64,000 nt of DNA from Eledone cirrhosa (Eukaryota). The position numbers and the translations under genes are program-made. This document shows, piece after piece, positions 14,900-30,800 of the stretch. The stretch covers positions 968,344 to 1,032,343 of the forward strand of contig CAXHJY010000928.1 in NCBI GenBank assembly GCA_964016885.1. The letters are read 5' to 3'. Position 1 is the stretch's first letter; every line of letters starts with the position of its first letter. The notes beneath the pieces are model-generated. The model did no database searches and was not told the DNA's origin. It saw only the letters and a program-made list of their open reading frames with translations.

Positions 14900-17800
14900 C
14901 TCAGTTCATCCATACACATCACATGTCTATACCAATAGAGTCTCCTCTCCTACACACTACATCTGATTCCTCTAATACCTAGTTTCTCTCTCAGTCCATC
15001 CATACACATCACATGTCTATATCAACACAGTCTCCTCTCCTACACACTACATCTGATTCCTCTTATACCTAGTTTCTCTCTACATCCATACACATCACAT
15101 GTCTATACCAACACAGTCTCCTCTCCTACACACTACATCTGATTCCTCTTATACCTAGTTTCTCTCTCAGCTCATCCATACACATCACATGTCTATACCA
15201 ACACAGTCTCCCCTCCTACATCTGATTCCTCTTATACCTAGTTTCTCTCTCAGTTCATCCATACACATCACATGTCTATACCAACAGTCTCCTCTCATAC
15301 ACACTACATCTGATTTCTCTTATACCTAGTTTCTCTCTCAGTCCATCCATACACATCTCATGTCTATACCAACACAGTCTTCTCTCCTACACACTACATC
15401 TGATTCCTCTTATACCTAGTTTCTCTCTCAGTCCATCCATACACATCACATGTCTATACCAACACAGTCTCCTCTCCTACACACTACATCTGATTCCTCT
15501 TATACCTAGTTTCTCTCAGTCCATCCATATACATCACATTTCTATACCAACACAGTCTCCTCTCCTACACACTACATCTGATTCCTCTTATACCTAGTTT
15601 CTCTCTCAGTCCATCCATACACATCACATAACTATACCAACACTGTCTCCTCTCCTATATCTGATTCCTCTTATACCTAGTTTGTCTCTCAGTTCATCCA
15701 TACACATCACATGTCTATACCAACAGTCTCCTCTCATACACACTACATCTGATTTCTCTTATACCTAGTTTCTCTCTCAGTCCATCCATACACATCTCAT
15801 GTCTATACCAACACAGTCTTCTCTCCTACACACTACATCTGATTCCTCTTATACCTAGTTTCTCTCCCAGTTCATCCATGCACATCACATGTCTATACCA
15901 ACACAGTCTCCTCTCCTACACACTACATCTGATTCCTCTTATACCTAGTTTCTCTCTCCATCCATACACATCACATGTCTATACCAACACAGTCTCCTCT
16001 CCTACACACTATATCTGATTCCTCTCTTACCTAGTTTCTCTCTCCATCCATACTCATCACATGTCTATACCAACACAGTCTTCTCTCCTACACTCTACAT
16101 CTGATTCCTCTTATACCTAGTTTCTCTCTCCATCCATACACATCACATGTCTATACCAACACAGTCTCCTCTCCTACACACTACATCTGATTCCTCTTAT
16201 ACCTAGTTTCTCTCTCAGTTCATCCATACACATCACATGTCTATGCCAACAGTCTCCTCTCCTACACCCTACATCTGATTCCTCTTATACCTAGTTTCTT
16301 TCTCCATCCATACACATCACATGTCTAAACCAACACAGTTTTCTCTCCTACACACTACATCTGATTCCTCTTATACCTAGTTCCTCTCTCCATCCATACA
16401 CATCACATGACTATACCAACACAGTCTCCTCTCCTACACACTACATCTGATTCCTCTCATACCTAGTTTCTCTCTCCATCCATACACATCACATGTCTAT
16501 ACCAACACAGTCTCCTCTCCTACACACTACATCTGATTCCTCTCATACCTAGTTTCTCTCTCCATCCATACACATCACATGACTATACCAACACAGTCTC
16601 CTCTCCTACACACTACCTCTGATTCCTCTTATACCTAGTTTCTCTCTCCATCCATACACATCACATGCCTATGCCAACACAGTCTCCTCTCCTACACACT
16701 ACATCTGATTCCTCTTATACCTAGTTTCTCTCTCCATCCATGCACATCACATGTCTATACCAACAGTCTCCTCTCCTACACACTACATCTGATTCCTCTT
16801 ATACCTAGTTTCTCTCTCCATCCATACACATCACATGTCTATACCAACAGTCTCCTCTCCTACACACTACATCTGATTCCTCTTATACCTGGTTTCTCTC
16901 CCAGTTCATCCATACCCATCACATGTCTATACCAACACAGTCTCCTCTCCTACACACTACATCTGATTCCTCTCATACCTAGTTTCTCTCTCCATCCATA
17001 CACATCACATGTCTATACCAACAGTCTCCTCTCCTACACACTACATCTGATTCCTCTTATCCCTAGTTTCTCTCCCAGTTCATCCATAGACATCACATGT
17101 CTATACCAACACAGTCTCCTCTCCTACACACTACATCTGATTCCTCTTATACCTGGTTTCTCTCCCAGGTCATCCATACCCATCACATGTCTATACCAAC
17201 ACAGTCTTCTCTCCTACACACTACATCTGATTCCTCTTATACCTAGTTTCTCTCTCTATCCATACACATCACATGTCTATACAAACACAGTCTCCTCTCC
17301 TACACACTACATCTGATTCCTCTTATACCTAGTTTCTCTCTCAGTTCATCCATACACATCACATGTCTATACCAATAGAGTCTCCTCTCCTACACACTAC
17401 ATCTGATTCCTCTAATACCTAGTTTCTCTCTCAGTCCATCCATACACATCACATGTCTATATCAACACAGTCTCCTCTCCTACACACTACATCTGATTCC
17501 TCTTATACCTAGTTTCTCTCTACATCCATACACATCACATGTCTATACCAACACAGTCTCCTCTCCTACACACTACATCTGATTCCTCTTATACCTAGTT
17601 TCTCTCTCAGCTCATCCATACACATCACATGTCTATACCAACACAGTCTCCCCTCCTACATCTGATTCCTCTTATACCTAGTTTCTCTCTCAGTTCATCC
17701 ATACACATCACATGTCTATACCAACAGTCTCCTCTCATACACACTACATCTGATTTCTCTTATACCTAGTTTCTCTCTCAGTCCATCCATACACATCTCA

Positions 17801-20800
17801 TGTCTATACCAACACAGTCTTCTCTCCTACACACTACATCTGATTCCTCTTATACCTAGTTTCTCTCTCAGTCCATCCATACACATCACATGTCTATACC
17901 AACACAGTCTCCTCTCCTACACACTACATCTGATTCCTCTTATACCTAGTTTCTCTCTCAGTCCATCCATACACATCACATAACTATACCAACACTGTCT
18001 CCTCTCCTATATCTGATTCCTCTTATACCTAGTTTCTCTCTCAGTTCATCCATACACATCACATGTCTATACCAACAGTCTCCTCTCATACACACTACAT
18101 CTGATTTCTCTTATACCTAGTTTCTCTCTCAGTCCATCCATACACATCTCATGTCTATACCAACACAGTCTTCTCTCCTACACACTACATCTGATTCCTC
18201 TTATACCTAGTTTCTCTCCCAGTTCATCCATGCACATCACATGTCTATACCAACACAGTCTCCTCTCCTACACACTACATCTGATTCCTCTTATACCTAG
18301 TTTCTCTCTCCATCCATACACATCACATGTCTATACCAACACAGTCTCCTCTCCTACACACTATATCTGATTCCTCTCTTACCTAGTTTCTCTCTCCATC
18401 CATACTCATCACATGTCTATACCAACACAGTCTTCTCTCCTACACTCTACATCTGATTCCTCTTATACCTAGTTTCTCTCTCCATCCATACACATCACAT
18501 GTCTATACCAACACAGTCTCCTCTCCTACACACTACATCTGATTCCTCTTATACCTAGTTTCTCTCTCAGTTCATCCATACACATCACATGTCTATGCCA
18601 ACAGTCTCCTCTCCTACACCCTACATCTGATTCCTCTTATACCTAGTTTCTTTCTCCATCCATACACATCACATGTCTAAACCAACACAGTTTTCTCTCC
18701 TACACACTACATCTGATTCCTCTTATACCTAGTTCCTCTCTCCATCCATACACATCACATGACTATACCAACACAGTCTCCTCTCCTACACACTACATCT
18801 GATTCCTCTCATACCTAGTTTCTCTCTCCATCCATACACATCACATGTCTATACCAACACAGTCTCCTCTCCTACACACTACATCTGATTCCTCTCATAC
18901 CTAGTTTCTCTCTCCATCCATACACATCACATGACTATACCAACACAGTCTCCTCTCCTACACACTACCTCTGATTCCTCTTATACCTAGTTTCTCTCTC
19001 CATCCATACACATCACATGCCTATGCCAACACAGTCTCCTCTCCTACACACTACATCTGATTCCTCTTATACCTAGTTTCTCTCTCCATCCATGCACATC
19101 ACATGTCTATACCAACAGTCTCCTCTCCTACACACTACATCTGATTCCTCTTATACCTAGTTTCTCTCTCCATCCATACACATCACATGTCTATACCAAC
19201 AGTCTCCTCTCCTACACACTACATCTGATTCCTCTTATACCTGGTTTCTCTCCCAGTTCATCCATACCCATCACATGTCTATACCAACACAGTCTCCTCT
19301 CCTACACACTACATCTGATTCCTCTCATACCTAGTTTCTCTCTCCATCCATACACATCACATGTCTATACCAACAGTCTCCTCTCCTACACACTACATCT
19401 GATTCCTCTTATCCCTAGTTTCTCTCCCAGTTCATCCATAGACATCACATGTCTATACCAACACAGTCTCCTCTCCTACACACTACATCTGATTCCTCTT
19501 ATACCTGGTTTCTCTCCCAGGTCATCCATACCCATCACATGTCTATACCAACACAGTCTTCTCTCCTACACACTACATCTGATTCCTCTTATACCTAGTT
19601 TCTCTCTCTATCCATACACATCACATGTCTATACCAACACAGTCTCCTCTCCTACACACTACATCTGATTCCTCTTATACCTAGTTTCTCTCTCAGTTCA
19701 TCCATACACATCACATGTCTATACCAATAGAGTCTCCTCTCCTACACACTACATCTGATTCCTCTAATACCTAGTTTCTCTCTCAGTCCATCCATACACA
19801 TCACATGTCTATATCAACACAGTCTCCTCTCCTACACACTACATCTGATTCCTCTTATACCTAGTTTCTCTCTACATCCATACACATCACATGTCTATAC
19901 CAACACAGTCTCCTCTCCTACACACTACATCTGATTCCTCTTATACCTAGTTTCTCTCTCAGCTCATCCATACACATCACATGTCTATACCAACACAGTC
20001 TCCCCTCCTACATCTGATTCCTCTTATACCTAGTTTCTCTCTCAGTTCATCCATACACATCACATGTCTATACCAACAGTCTCCTCTCATACACACTACA
20101 TCTGATTTCTCTTATACCTAGTTTCTCTCTCAGTCCATCCATACACATCTCATGTCTATACCAACACAGTCTTCTCTCCTACACACTACATCTGATTCCT
20201 CTTATACCTAGTTTCTCTCTCAGTCCATCCATACACATCACATGTCTATACCAACACAGTCTCCTCTCCTACACACTACATCTGATTCCTCTTATACCTA
20301 GTTTCTCTCAGTCCATCCATATACATCACATTTCTATACCAACACAGTCTCCTCTCCTACACACTACATCTGATTCCTCTTATACCTAGTTTCTCTCTCA
20401 GTCCATCCATACACATCACATAACTATACCAACACTGTCTCCTCTCCTATATCTGATTCCTCTTATACCTAGTTTCTCTCTCAGTTCATGCATACACATC
20501 ACATGTCTATACCAACAGTCTCCTCTCATACACACTACATCTGATTTCTCTTATACCTAGTTTCTCTCTCAGTCCATCCATACACATCTCATGTCTATAC
20601 CAACACAGTCTTCTCTCCTACACACTACATCTGATTCCTCTTATACCTAGTTTCTCTCCCAGTTCATCCATGCACATCACATGTCTATACCAACACAGTC
20701 TCCTCTCCTACACACTACATCTGATTCCTCTTATACCTAGTTTCTCTCTCCATCCATACACATCACATGTCTATACCAACACAGTCTCCTCTCCTACACA

Positions 20801-23800
20801 CTATATCTGATTCCTCTCTTACCTAGTTTCTCTCTCCATCCATACTCATCACATGTCTATACCAACACAGTCTTCTCTCCTACACTCTACATCTGATTCC
20901 TCTTATACCTAGTTTCTCTCTCCATCCATACACATCACATGTCTATACCAACACAGTCTCCTCTCCTACACACTACATCTGATTCCTCTTATACCTAGTT
21001 TCTCTCTCAGTTCATCCATACACATCACATGTCTATGCCAACAGTCTCCTCTCCTACACCCTACATCTGATTCCTCTTATACCTAGTTTCTTTCTCCATC
21101 CATACACATCACATGTCTATACCAACACAGTTTTCTCTCCTACACACTACATCTGATTCCTCTTATACCTAGTTCCTCTCTCCATCCATACACATCACAT
21201 GACTATACCAACACAGTCTCCTCTCCTACACACTACATCTGATTCCTCTCATACCTAGTTTCTCTCTCCATCCATACACATCACATGTCTATACCAACAC
21301 AGTCTCCTCTCCTACACACTACATCTGATTCCTCTCATACCTAGTTTCTCTCTCCATCCATACACATCACATGACTATACCAACACAGTCTCCTCTCCTA
21401 CACACTACCTCTGATTCCTCTTATACCTAGTTTCTCTCTCCATCCATACACATCACATGCCTATGCCAACACAGTCTCCTCTCCTACACACTACATCTGA
21501 TTCCTCTTATACCTAGTTTCTCTCTCCATCCATGCACATCACATGTCTATACCAACAGTCTCCTCTCCTACACACTACATCTGATTCCTCTTATACCTAG
21601 TTTCTCTCTCCATCCATACACATCACATGTCTATACCAACAGTCTCCTCTCCTACACACTACATCTGATTCCTCTTATCCCTAGTTTCTCTCCCAGTTCA
21701 TCCATAGACATCACATGTCTATACCAACACAGTCTCCTCTCCTACACACTACATCTGATTCCTCTTATACCTGGTTTCTCTCCCAGGTCATCCATACCCA
21801 TCACATGTCTATACCAACACAGTCTTCTCTCCTACACACTACATCTGATTCCTCTTATACCTAGTTTCTCTCTCTATCCATACACATCACATGTCTATAC
21901 CAACACAGTCTCCTCTCCTACACACTACATCTGATTCCTCTTATACCTAGTTTCTCTCTCAGTTCATCCATACACATCACATGTCTATACCAATAGAGTC
22001 TCCTCTCCTACACACTACATCTGATTCCTCTAATACCTAGTTTCTCTCTCAGTCCATCCATACACATCACATGTCTATATCAACACAGTCTCCTCTCCTA
22101 CACACTACATCTGATTCCTCTTATACCTAGTTTCTCTCTACATCCATACACATCACATGTCTATACCAACACAGTTTCCTCTCCTACACACTACATCTGA
22201 TTCCTCTTATACCTAGTTTCTCTCTCAGCTCATCCATACACATCACATGTCTATACCAACACAGTCTCTCCTCCTACATCTGATTCCTCTTATACCTAGT
22301 TTCTCTCTCAGTTCATCCATACACATCACATGTCTATACCAACAGTCTCCTCTCATACACACTACATCTGATTTCTCTTATACCTAGTTTCTCTCTCAGT
22401 CCATCCATACACATCTCATGTCTATACCAACACAGTCTTCTCTCCTACACACTACATCTGATTCCTCTTATACCTAGTTTCTCTCTCAGTCCATCCATAC
22501 ACATCACATGTCTATACCAACACAGTCTCTTCTCCTACACACTACATCTGATTCCTCTTATACCTAGTTTCTCTCAGTCCATCCATATACATCACATTTC
22601 TATACCAACACAGTCTCCTCTCCTACACACTACATCTGATTCCTCTTATACCTAGTTTCTCTCTCAGTCCATCCATACACATCACATAACTATACCAACA
22701 CTGTCTCCTCTCCTATATCTGATTCCTCTTATACCTAGTTTCTCTCTCAGTTCATCCATACACATCACATGTCTATACCAACAGTCTCCTCTCATACACA
22801 CTACATCTGATTTCTCTTATACCTAGTTTCTCTCTCAGTCCATCCATACACATCTCATGTCTATACCAACACAGTCTTCTCTCCTACACACTACATCTGA
22901 TTCCTCTTATACCTAGTTTCTCTCCCAGTTCATCCATGCACATCACATGTCTATACCAACACAGTCTCCTCTCCTACACACTACATCTGATTCCTCTTAT
23001 ACCTAGTTTCTCTCTCCATCCATACACATCACATGTCTATACCAACACAGTCTCCTCTCCTACACACTATATCTGATTCCTCTCTTACCTAGTTTCTCTC
23101 TCCATCCATACTCATCACATGTCTATACCAACACAGTCTTCTCTCCTACACTCTACATCTGATTCCTCTTATACCTAGTTTCTCTCTCCATCCATACACA
23201 TCACATGTCTATACCAACACAGTCTCCTCTCCTACACACTACATCTGATTCCTCTTATACCTAGTTTCTCTCTCAGTTCATCCATACACATCACATGTCT
23301 ATGCCAACAGTCTCCTCTCCTACACCCTACATCTGATTCCTCTTATACCTAGTTTCTTTCTCCATCCATACACATCACATGTCTATACCAACACAGTTTT
23401 CTCTCCTACACACTACATCTGATTCCTCTTATACCTAGTTCCTCTCTCCATCCATACACATCACATGACTATACCAACACAGTCTCCTCTCCTACACACT
23501 ACATCTGATTCCTCTCATACCTAGTTTCTCTCTCCATCCATACACATCACATGTCTATACCAACACAGTCTCCTCTCCTACACACTACATCTGATTCCTC
23601 TCATACCTAGTTTCTCTCTCCATCCATACTCATCACATGACTATACCAACACAGTCTCCTCTCCTACACACTACCTCTGATTCCTCTTATACCTAGTTTC
23701 TCTCTCCATCCATACACATCACATGCCTATGCCAACACAGTCTCCTCTCCTACACACTACATCTGATTCCTCTTATACCTAGTTTCTCTCTCCATCCATA

Positions 23801-24290
23801 CACATCACATGTCTATACCAACAGTCTCCTCTCCTACACACTACATCTGATTCCTCTTATACCTGGTTTCTCTCCCAGTTCATCCATACCCATCACATGT
23901 CTATACCAACACAGTCTCCTCTCCTACACACTACATCTGATTCCTCTCATACCTAGTTTCTCTCTCCATCCATACACATCACATGTCTATACCAACAGTC
24001 TCCTCTCCTACACACTACATCTGATTCCTCTTATCCCTAGTTTCTCTCCCAGTTCATCCATAGACATCACATGTCTATACCAACACAGTCTCCTCTCCTA
24101 CACACTACATCTTATTCCTCTTATACCTGGTTTCTCTCCCAGGTCATCCATACCCATCACATGTCTATACCAACACAGTCTTCTCTCCTACACACTACAT
24201 CTGATTCCTCTTATACCTAGTTTCTCTCTCTATCCATACACATCACATGTCTATACCAACACAGTCTCCTCTCCTACACACTACATCTGA
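14900..24290. repeat. Higher-order repeat: four tandem copies of a ~2.3-2.4 kb block of monomers
   Basis: Diagnostic variant accaatagag recurs at 14931, 17371, 19723 and 21989, and cccaggtcatcc at ~17165, 19517, 21783 and 24139, with the same order of intervening variants. Spacings differ by about one monomer. Confidence 0.85.
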
Positions 24291-24889
24291 TTCCTCTTAT
24301 ACCTAGTTTCTCTCTCCATCCATACACATCGCATGTCTATACCAACACAGTCTCCTCTCCTACACTCTACATCTGATTCCTCTTATACCTAGTTTCTCTC
24401 CCAGTTCATTCATACACATCACATGTCTATACCAACACAGTCTCCTCTCCTACACACTACATCTGATTCCTCTAATACCTAGTTTCTCTCTCAGTTCATC
24501 CATACACATCACATGTCTATACCAACACAGTCTCCTCTCCTACACACTACATCTGATTCCTCTCATACCTAGTTTCTCTCTCCATCCATACACATCACAT
24601 GTCTATACCAACACAGTCTCCTCTCCTACACACTACATCTGATTCCTCTTATACCTAGTTTCTCTCCCAGTTCATTCATACACATCACATGTCTATACCA
24701 ACACAGTCTCCTCTCCTACACACTACATCTGATTCCTCTAATACCTAGTTTCTCTCTCAGTTCATCCATACACATCACATGTCTATACCAACACAGTCTC
24801 CTCTCCTACACACTACATCTGATTCCTCTTATACCTAGTTTCTCTGTCAGTCCATCCAGACACATCACATGTCTCTACCAACACAGTCC

Positions 24890-27800
24890 CCTCTCCTACA
24901 CACTACATCTGATTCCTCTTATACCTAGTTTCTCTCTCCATCCATACACATCACATGACTATACCAACATAGTCTCCTCTCCTACACACTACATCTGATT
25001 CCTCTCGTACCTAGTTTCTCTCTCCATCCATATACATCACATGTCTATACCAACACAGTCTCCCCTCCTACACACTACATCTGATTCCTCTCATACCTAG
25101 TTTCTCTCTCAGTTCATCCATACACATCACATAACTATACCAACACAGTCTCCCATCCTACATCTGATTTCTCTTAAACCTAGTTTCCCTCTCAGTCCAT
25201 CCATACACATCACATGTCTATACCAACACAGTCTCCCCTCCTACATCTGATTCCTCTTATACCTAGTTTCTCTCTCAGTTCATCCATACACATCACATGT
25301 CTATACCAACAGTCTCCTCTCATACACACTACATCTGATTTCTCTTATACCTAGTTTCTCTCTCAGTCCATCCATACACATCTCATGTCTATACCAACAC
25401 AGTCTTCTCTCCTACACACTACATCTGATTCCTCTTATACCTAGTTTCTCTCTCAGTCCATCCATACACATCACATAACTATACCAACACTGTCTCCTCT
25501 CCTATATCTGATTCCTCTTATACCTAGTTTCTCTCTCAGTTCATCCATACACATCACATGTCTATACCAACAGTCTCCTCTCCTACACACTACATCTGAT
25601 TCCTCTTATACCTAGTTTCTCTCTCAGTCCATCCATACACATCACATAACTATACCAACACTGTCTCCTCTCCTATATCTGATTCCTCTTATACCTAGTT
25701 TCTCTCTCAGTTCATCCATACACATCTCATGTCTATACCAACACAGTCTTCTCTCCTACACACTACATCTGATTCCTCTTATACCTAGTTTCTCTCCCAG
25801 TTCATCCATGCACATCACATGTCTATACCAACACAGTCTCCTCTCCTACACACTACATCTGATTCCTCTTATACCTAGTTTCTCTCTCCATCCATACACA
25901 TCACATGTCTATACCAACACAGTCTCCTCTCCTACACACTATATCTGATTCCTCTCTTACCTAGTTTCTCTCTCCATCCATACTCATCACATGTCTATAC
26001 CAACACAGTCTTCTCTCCTACACACTACATCTGATTCCTCTTATACCTAGTTTCTCTCTCCATCCATACACATCACATGTCTATACCAACACAGTCTCCT
26101 CTCCTACACACTACATCTGATTCCTCTTATACCTAGTTTCTCTCTCAGTTCATCCATACACATCACATGTCTATGCCAACAGTCTCCTCTCCTACACCCT
26201 ACATCTGATTCCTCTTATACCTAGTTTCTCTCTCCATCCATACACATCACAAGTGTATACCAACACAGTTTTCTCTCCTACACACTACATCTGATTCCTC
26301 TTATACCTAGTTCCTCTCTCCATCCATACACATCACATGACTATACCAACACAGTCTCCTCTCCTACACACTACATCTGATTCCTCTCATACCTAGTTTC
26401 TCTCTCCATCCATACACATCACATGTCTATACCAACACAGTCTCCTCTCCTACACACTACATCTGATTCCTCTCATACCTAGTTTCTCTCTCCATCCATA
26501 CACATCACATAACTATACCAACACAGTCTCCTCTCCTACACACTACATCTGATTCCTCTTATACCTAGTTTCTCTCTCCATCCATGCACATCACATGTCT
26601 ATACCAACAGTCTCCTCTCCTACACACTACATCTGATTCCTCTTATACCTAGTTTCTCTCTCCATCCATACACATCAGATGTCTATACCAACAGTCTCCT
26701 CTCCTACACACTACATCTGATTCCTCTTATACCTGGCTTCTCTCCTCAGTTCATCCATACCCATCACATGTCTATACCAACACAGTCTCCTCTCCTACAC
26801 ACTACATCTGATTCCTCTTATACCTAGTTTCTCTCTCCATCCATACACATCACATGTCTATACCAACAGTCTCCTCTCCTACACACTACATCTGATTCCT
26901 CTTATACCTGGTTTCTCTCCCAATTCATCCAGACACATCACATGTCTATACCAACACAGTCTCCTCTCCTACACACTACATCTGATTCCTCTTATACCTA
27001 GTTTCTCTCTCAGCTCATCCATACACATCACACGTCTATACCAACACAGTCTCCTCTCCTACACACTACCTCTGATTCCTCTTATACCTAGTTTCTCTCT
27101 CTATCCATACACATCACATGTCTATACCAACACAGTCTCCTCTCCTACACACAACATCTGATTTCTCTTATACCTAGTTTCTCTCTCAGTCCATCCATAC
27201 ACATCGCATGTCTATACCAACACTGTGTCCTCTCCTACACACTACATCTGATTCCTCTTATACCTAGTCTCTCTCTCAGTCCATCCATACACATCACATG
27301 TCTATACCAACACAGTCTCCTCTCCTACACACTACATCTGATTCCTCTTATACCTAGTTTCTCTCTCAGTTCATCCATACACATCACATGTCTATACCAA
27401 TAGAGTCTCCTCTCCTACACACTACATCTGATTCCTCTAATACCTAGTTTCTCTCTCAGTCCATCCATACACATCACATGTCTATATCAACACAGTCTCC
27501 TCTCCTACACACTACATCTGATTCCTCTTATACCTAGTTTCTCTCTACATCCATACACATCACATGTCTATACCAACACAGTCTCCTCTCCTACACACTA
27601 CATCTGATTCCTCTTATACCTGGTTTCTCTCCCAGTTCATCCATACACATCACATGTCTATACCAACACAGTCTCCTCTCCTACACACTACATCTGATTC
27701 CTCTTATACCTAGTTTCTCTCTCCATCCATACACATCACATGTCTATACCAATACAGTCTCCTCTCCTACACACTACATCTGATTCCTCTTATACCTAGT

Positions 27801-30800
27801 TTCTCTGTCAGTCCATCCATACACAACACATGTCTATACCAATACAGTCTCCTCTCCTACACACTACATCTGATTCCTCTTATATCTAGTTTCCCTCTCA
27901 GTTCATCCATACATATCACATGTTTATACCAACACTGTGTCCTCTCCTACACACTACATCTGATTCCTCTTATACCTAGTTTCTCTCTCCATCCATACAC
28001 ATCACATGTCTATACCAACAGTCTCCTCTCCTACACACTACATCTTATTCCTCTTATACCTAGTTTCTCTCTCCATCCATACACATCACATGTCTATACC
28101 AACGCAGTCTCCTGTCCTACACACTACATCTGATTCCTCTTATACCTAGTTTCTCTCTCAGTCCATCCATACACATCACATAACTATACCAACACAGTCT
28201 CCACTCCTACATCTGATTTCTCTTAAACCTAGTTTCCCTCTCAGTCCATCCATACACATCACATGTCTATACCAATACAGTCTCCTCTCCTACACACTAC
28301 ATCTGATTCCTCTTATATCTAGTTTCCCTCTCAGTTCATCCATACACATCACATGTTTATACCAACAGTGTGTCCTCTCCTACACACTACATCTGATTCC
28401 TCTTATACCTAGTTTCTCTCTCCATCCATACACATCACATGTCTATACCAACGCAGTCTCCTGTCCTACACACTACATCTGATTCCTCTTATACCTAGTT
28501 TCTCTCTCAGTCCATCCATACACATCACATGTCTATACCAACACAGTCTCCCCTCCTACATATGATTTCTCTTAAACCTAGTTTCCCTCTCAGTCCATCC
28601 ATACACATCACATGTCTATACCAACACAGTCTCCCCTCCTACATCTGATTCCTCTTATACCTAGTTTCTCTGTCAGTCCATCCATACACATCACATGTCT
28701 ATACCAATACAGTCTCCTCTCCTACACACTACATCTGATTCCTCTTATATCTAGTTTCCCTCTCAGTTCATCCAGACACATCACATGTTTATACCAACAC
28801 TGTGTCCTCTCCTACACACTACATCTGATTCCTCTTATACCTACTTTCTCTCTCCATCCATACACATCACATGTCTATACCAACAGTCTCCTCTCCTACA
28901 CACTCCATCTGATTCCTCTTATACCTAGTTTCTCTCTCCATCCATACACATCACATGTCTATACCAACGCAGTCTCCTGTCCTACACACTACATCTGATT
29001 CCTCTTATACCTAGTTTCTCTCTCAGTCCATCCATACACATCACATAACTATACCAACACAGTCTCCCCTCCTACATCTGATTCCTCTTAAACCTAGTTT
29101 CTCTCTCAGTCCATCCATACACATCACATAACTATACCAACACAGTCTCCCCTCCTACATCTGATTTCTCTTAAACCTAGTTTCCCTCTCAGTCCATCCA
29201 TACACATCACATGTCTATACCAATACAGTCTCCTCTCCTACACACTACATCTGATTCCTCTTATATCTAGTTTCCCTCTCAGTTCATCCATACACATCAC
29301 ATGTTTATACCAACACTGTGTCCTCTCCTACACACTACATCTGATTCCTCTTATACCTAGTTTCTCTCTCCATCCATACACATCACATGTCTATACCAAC
29401 AGTCTCCTCTCCTACACACTACATCTGATTCCTCTTATACCTAGTTTCTCTCTCCATCCATACACATCACATGACTATACCAACATAGTCTCCTCTCCTA
29501 CACACTACATCTGATTCCTCTCGTACCTAGTTTCTCTCTCCATCCATATACATCACATGTCTATACCAACACAGTCTCCCCTCCTACACACTACATCTGA
29601 TTCCTCTCATACCTAGTTTCTCTCTCAGTTCATCCATACACATCACATAACTATACCAACACAGTCTCCCATCCTACATCTGATTTCTCTTAAACCTAGT
29701 TTCCCTCTCAGTCCATCCATACACATCACATGTCTATACCAACACAGTCTCCCCTCCTACATCTGATTCCTCTTATACCTAGTTTCTCTCTCAGTTCATC
29801 CATACACATCACATGTCTATACCAACAGTCTCCTCTCATACACACTACATCTGATTTCTCTTATACCTAGTTTCTCTCTCAGTCCATCCATACACATCTC
29901 ATGTCTATACCAACACAGTCTTCTCTCCTACACACTACATCTGATTCCTCTTATACCTAGTTTCTCTCTCAGTCCATCCATACACATCACATAACTATAC
30001 CAACACTGTCTCCTCTCCTATATCTGATTCCTCTTATACCTAGTTTCTCTCTCAGTTCATCCATACACATCACATGTCTATACCAACAGTCTCCTCTCCT
30101 ACACACTACATCTGATTCCTCTTATACCTAGTTTCTCTCTCAGTCCATCCATACACATCACATAACTATACCAACACTGTCTCCTCTCCTATATCTGATT
30201 CCTCTTATACCTAGTTTCTCTCTCAGTTCATCCATACACATCTCATGTCTATACCAACACAGTCTTCTCTCCTACACACTACATCTGATTCCTCTTATAC
30301 CTAGTTTCTCTCCCAGTTCATCCATGCACATCACATGTCTATACCAACACAGTCTCCTCTCCTACACACTACATCTGATTCCTCTTATACCTAGTTTCTC
30401 TCTCCATCCATACACATCACATGTCTATACCAACACAGTCTCCTCTCCTACACACTATATCTGATTCCTCTCTTACCTAGTTTCTCTCTCCATCCATACT
30501 CATCACATGTCTATACCAACACAGTCTTCTCTCCTACACACTACATCTGATTCCTCTTATACCTAGTTTCTCTCTCCATCCATACACATCACATGTCTAT
30601 ACCAACACAGTCTCCTCTCCTACACACTACATCTGATTCCTCTTATACCTAGTTTCTCTCTCAGTTCATCCATACACATCACATGTCTATGCCAACAGTC
30701 TCCTCTCCTACACCCTACATCTGATTCCTCTTATACCTAGTTTCTCTCTCCATCCATACACATCACAAGTGTATACCAACACAGTTTTCTCTCCTACACA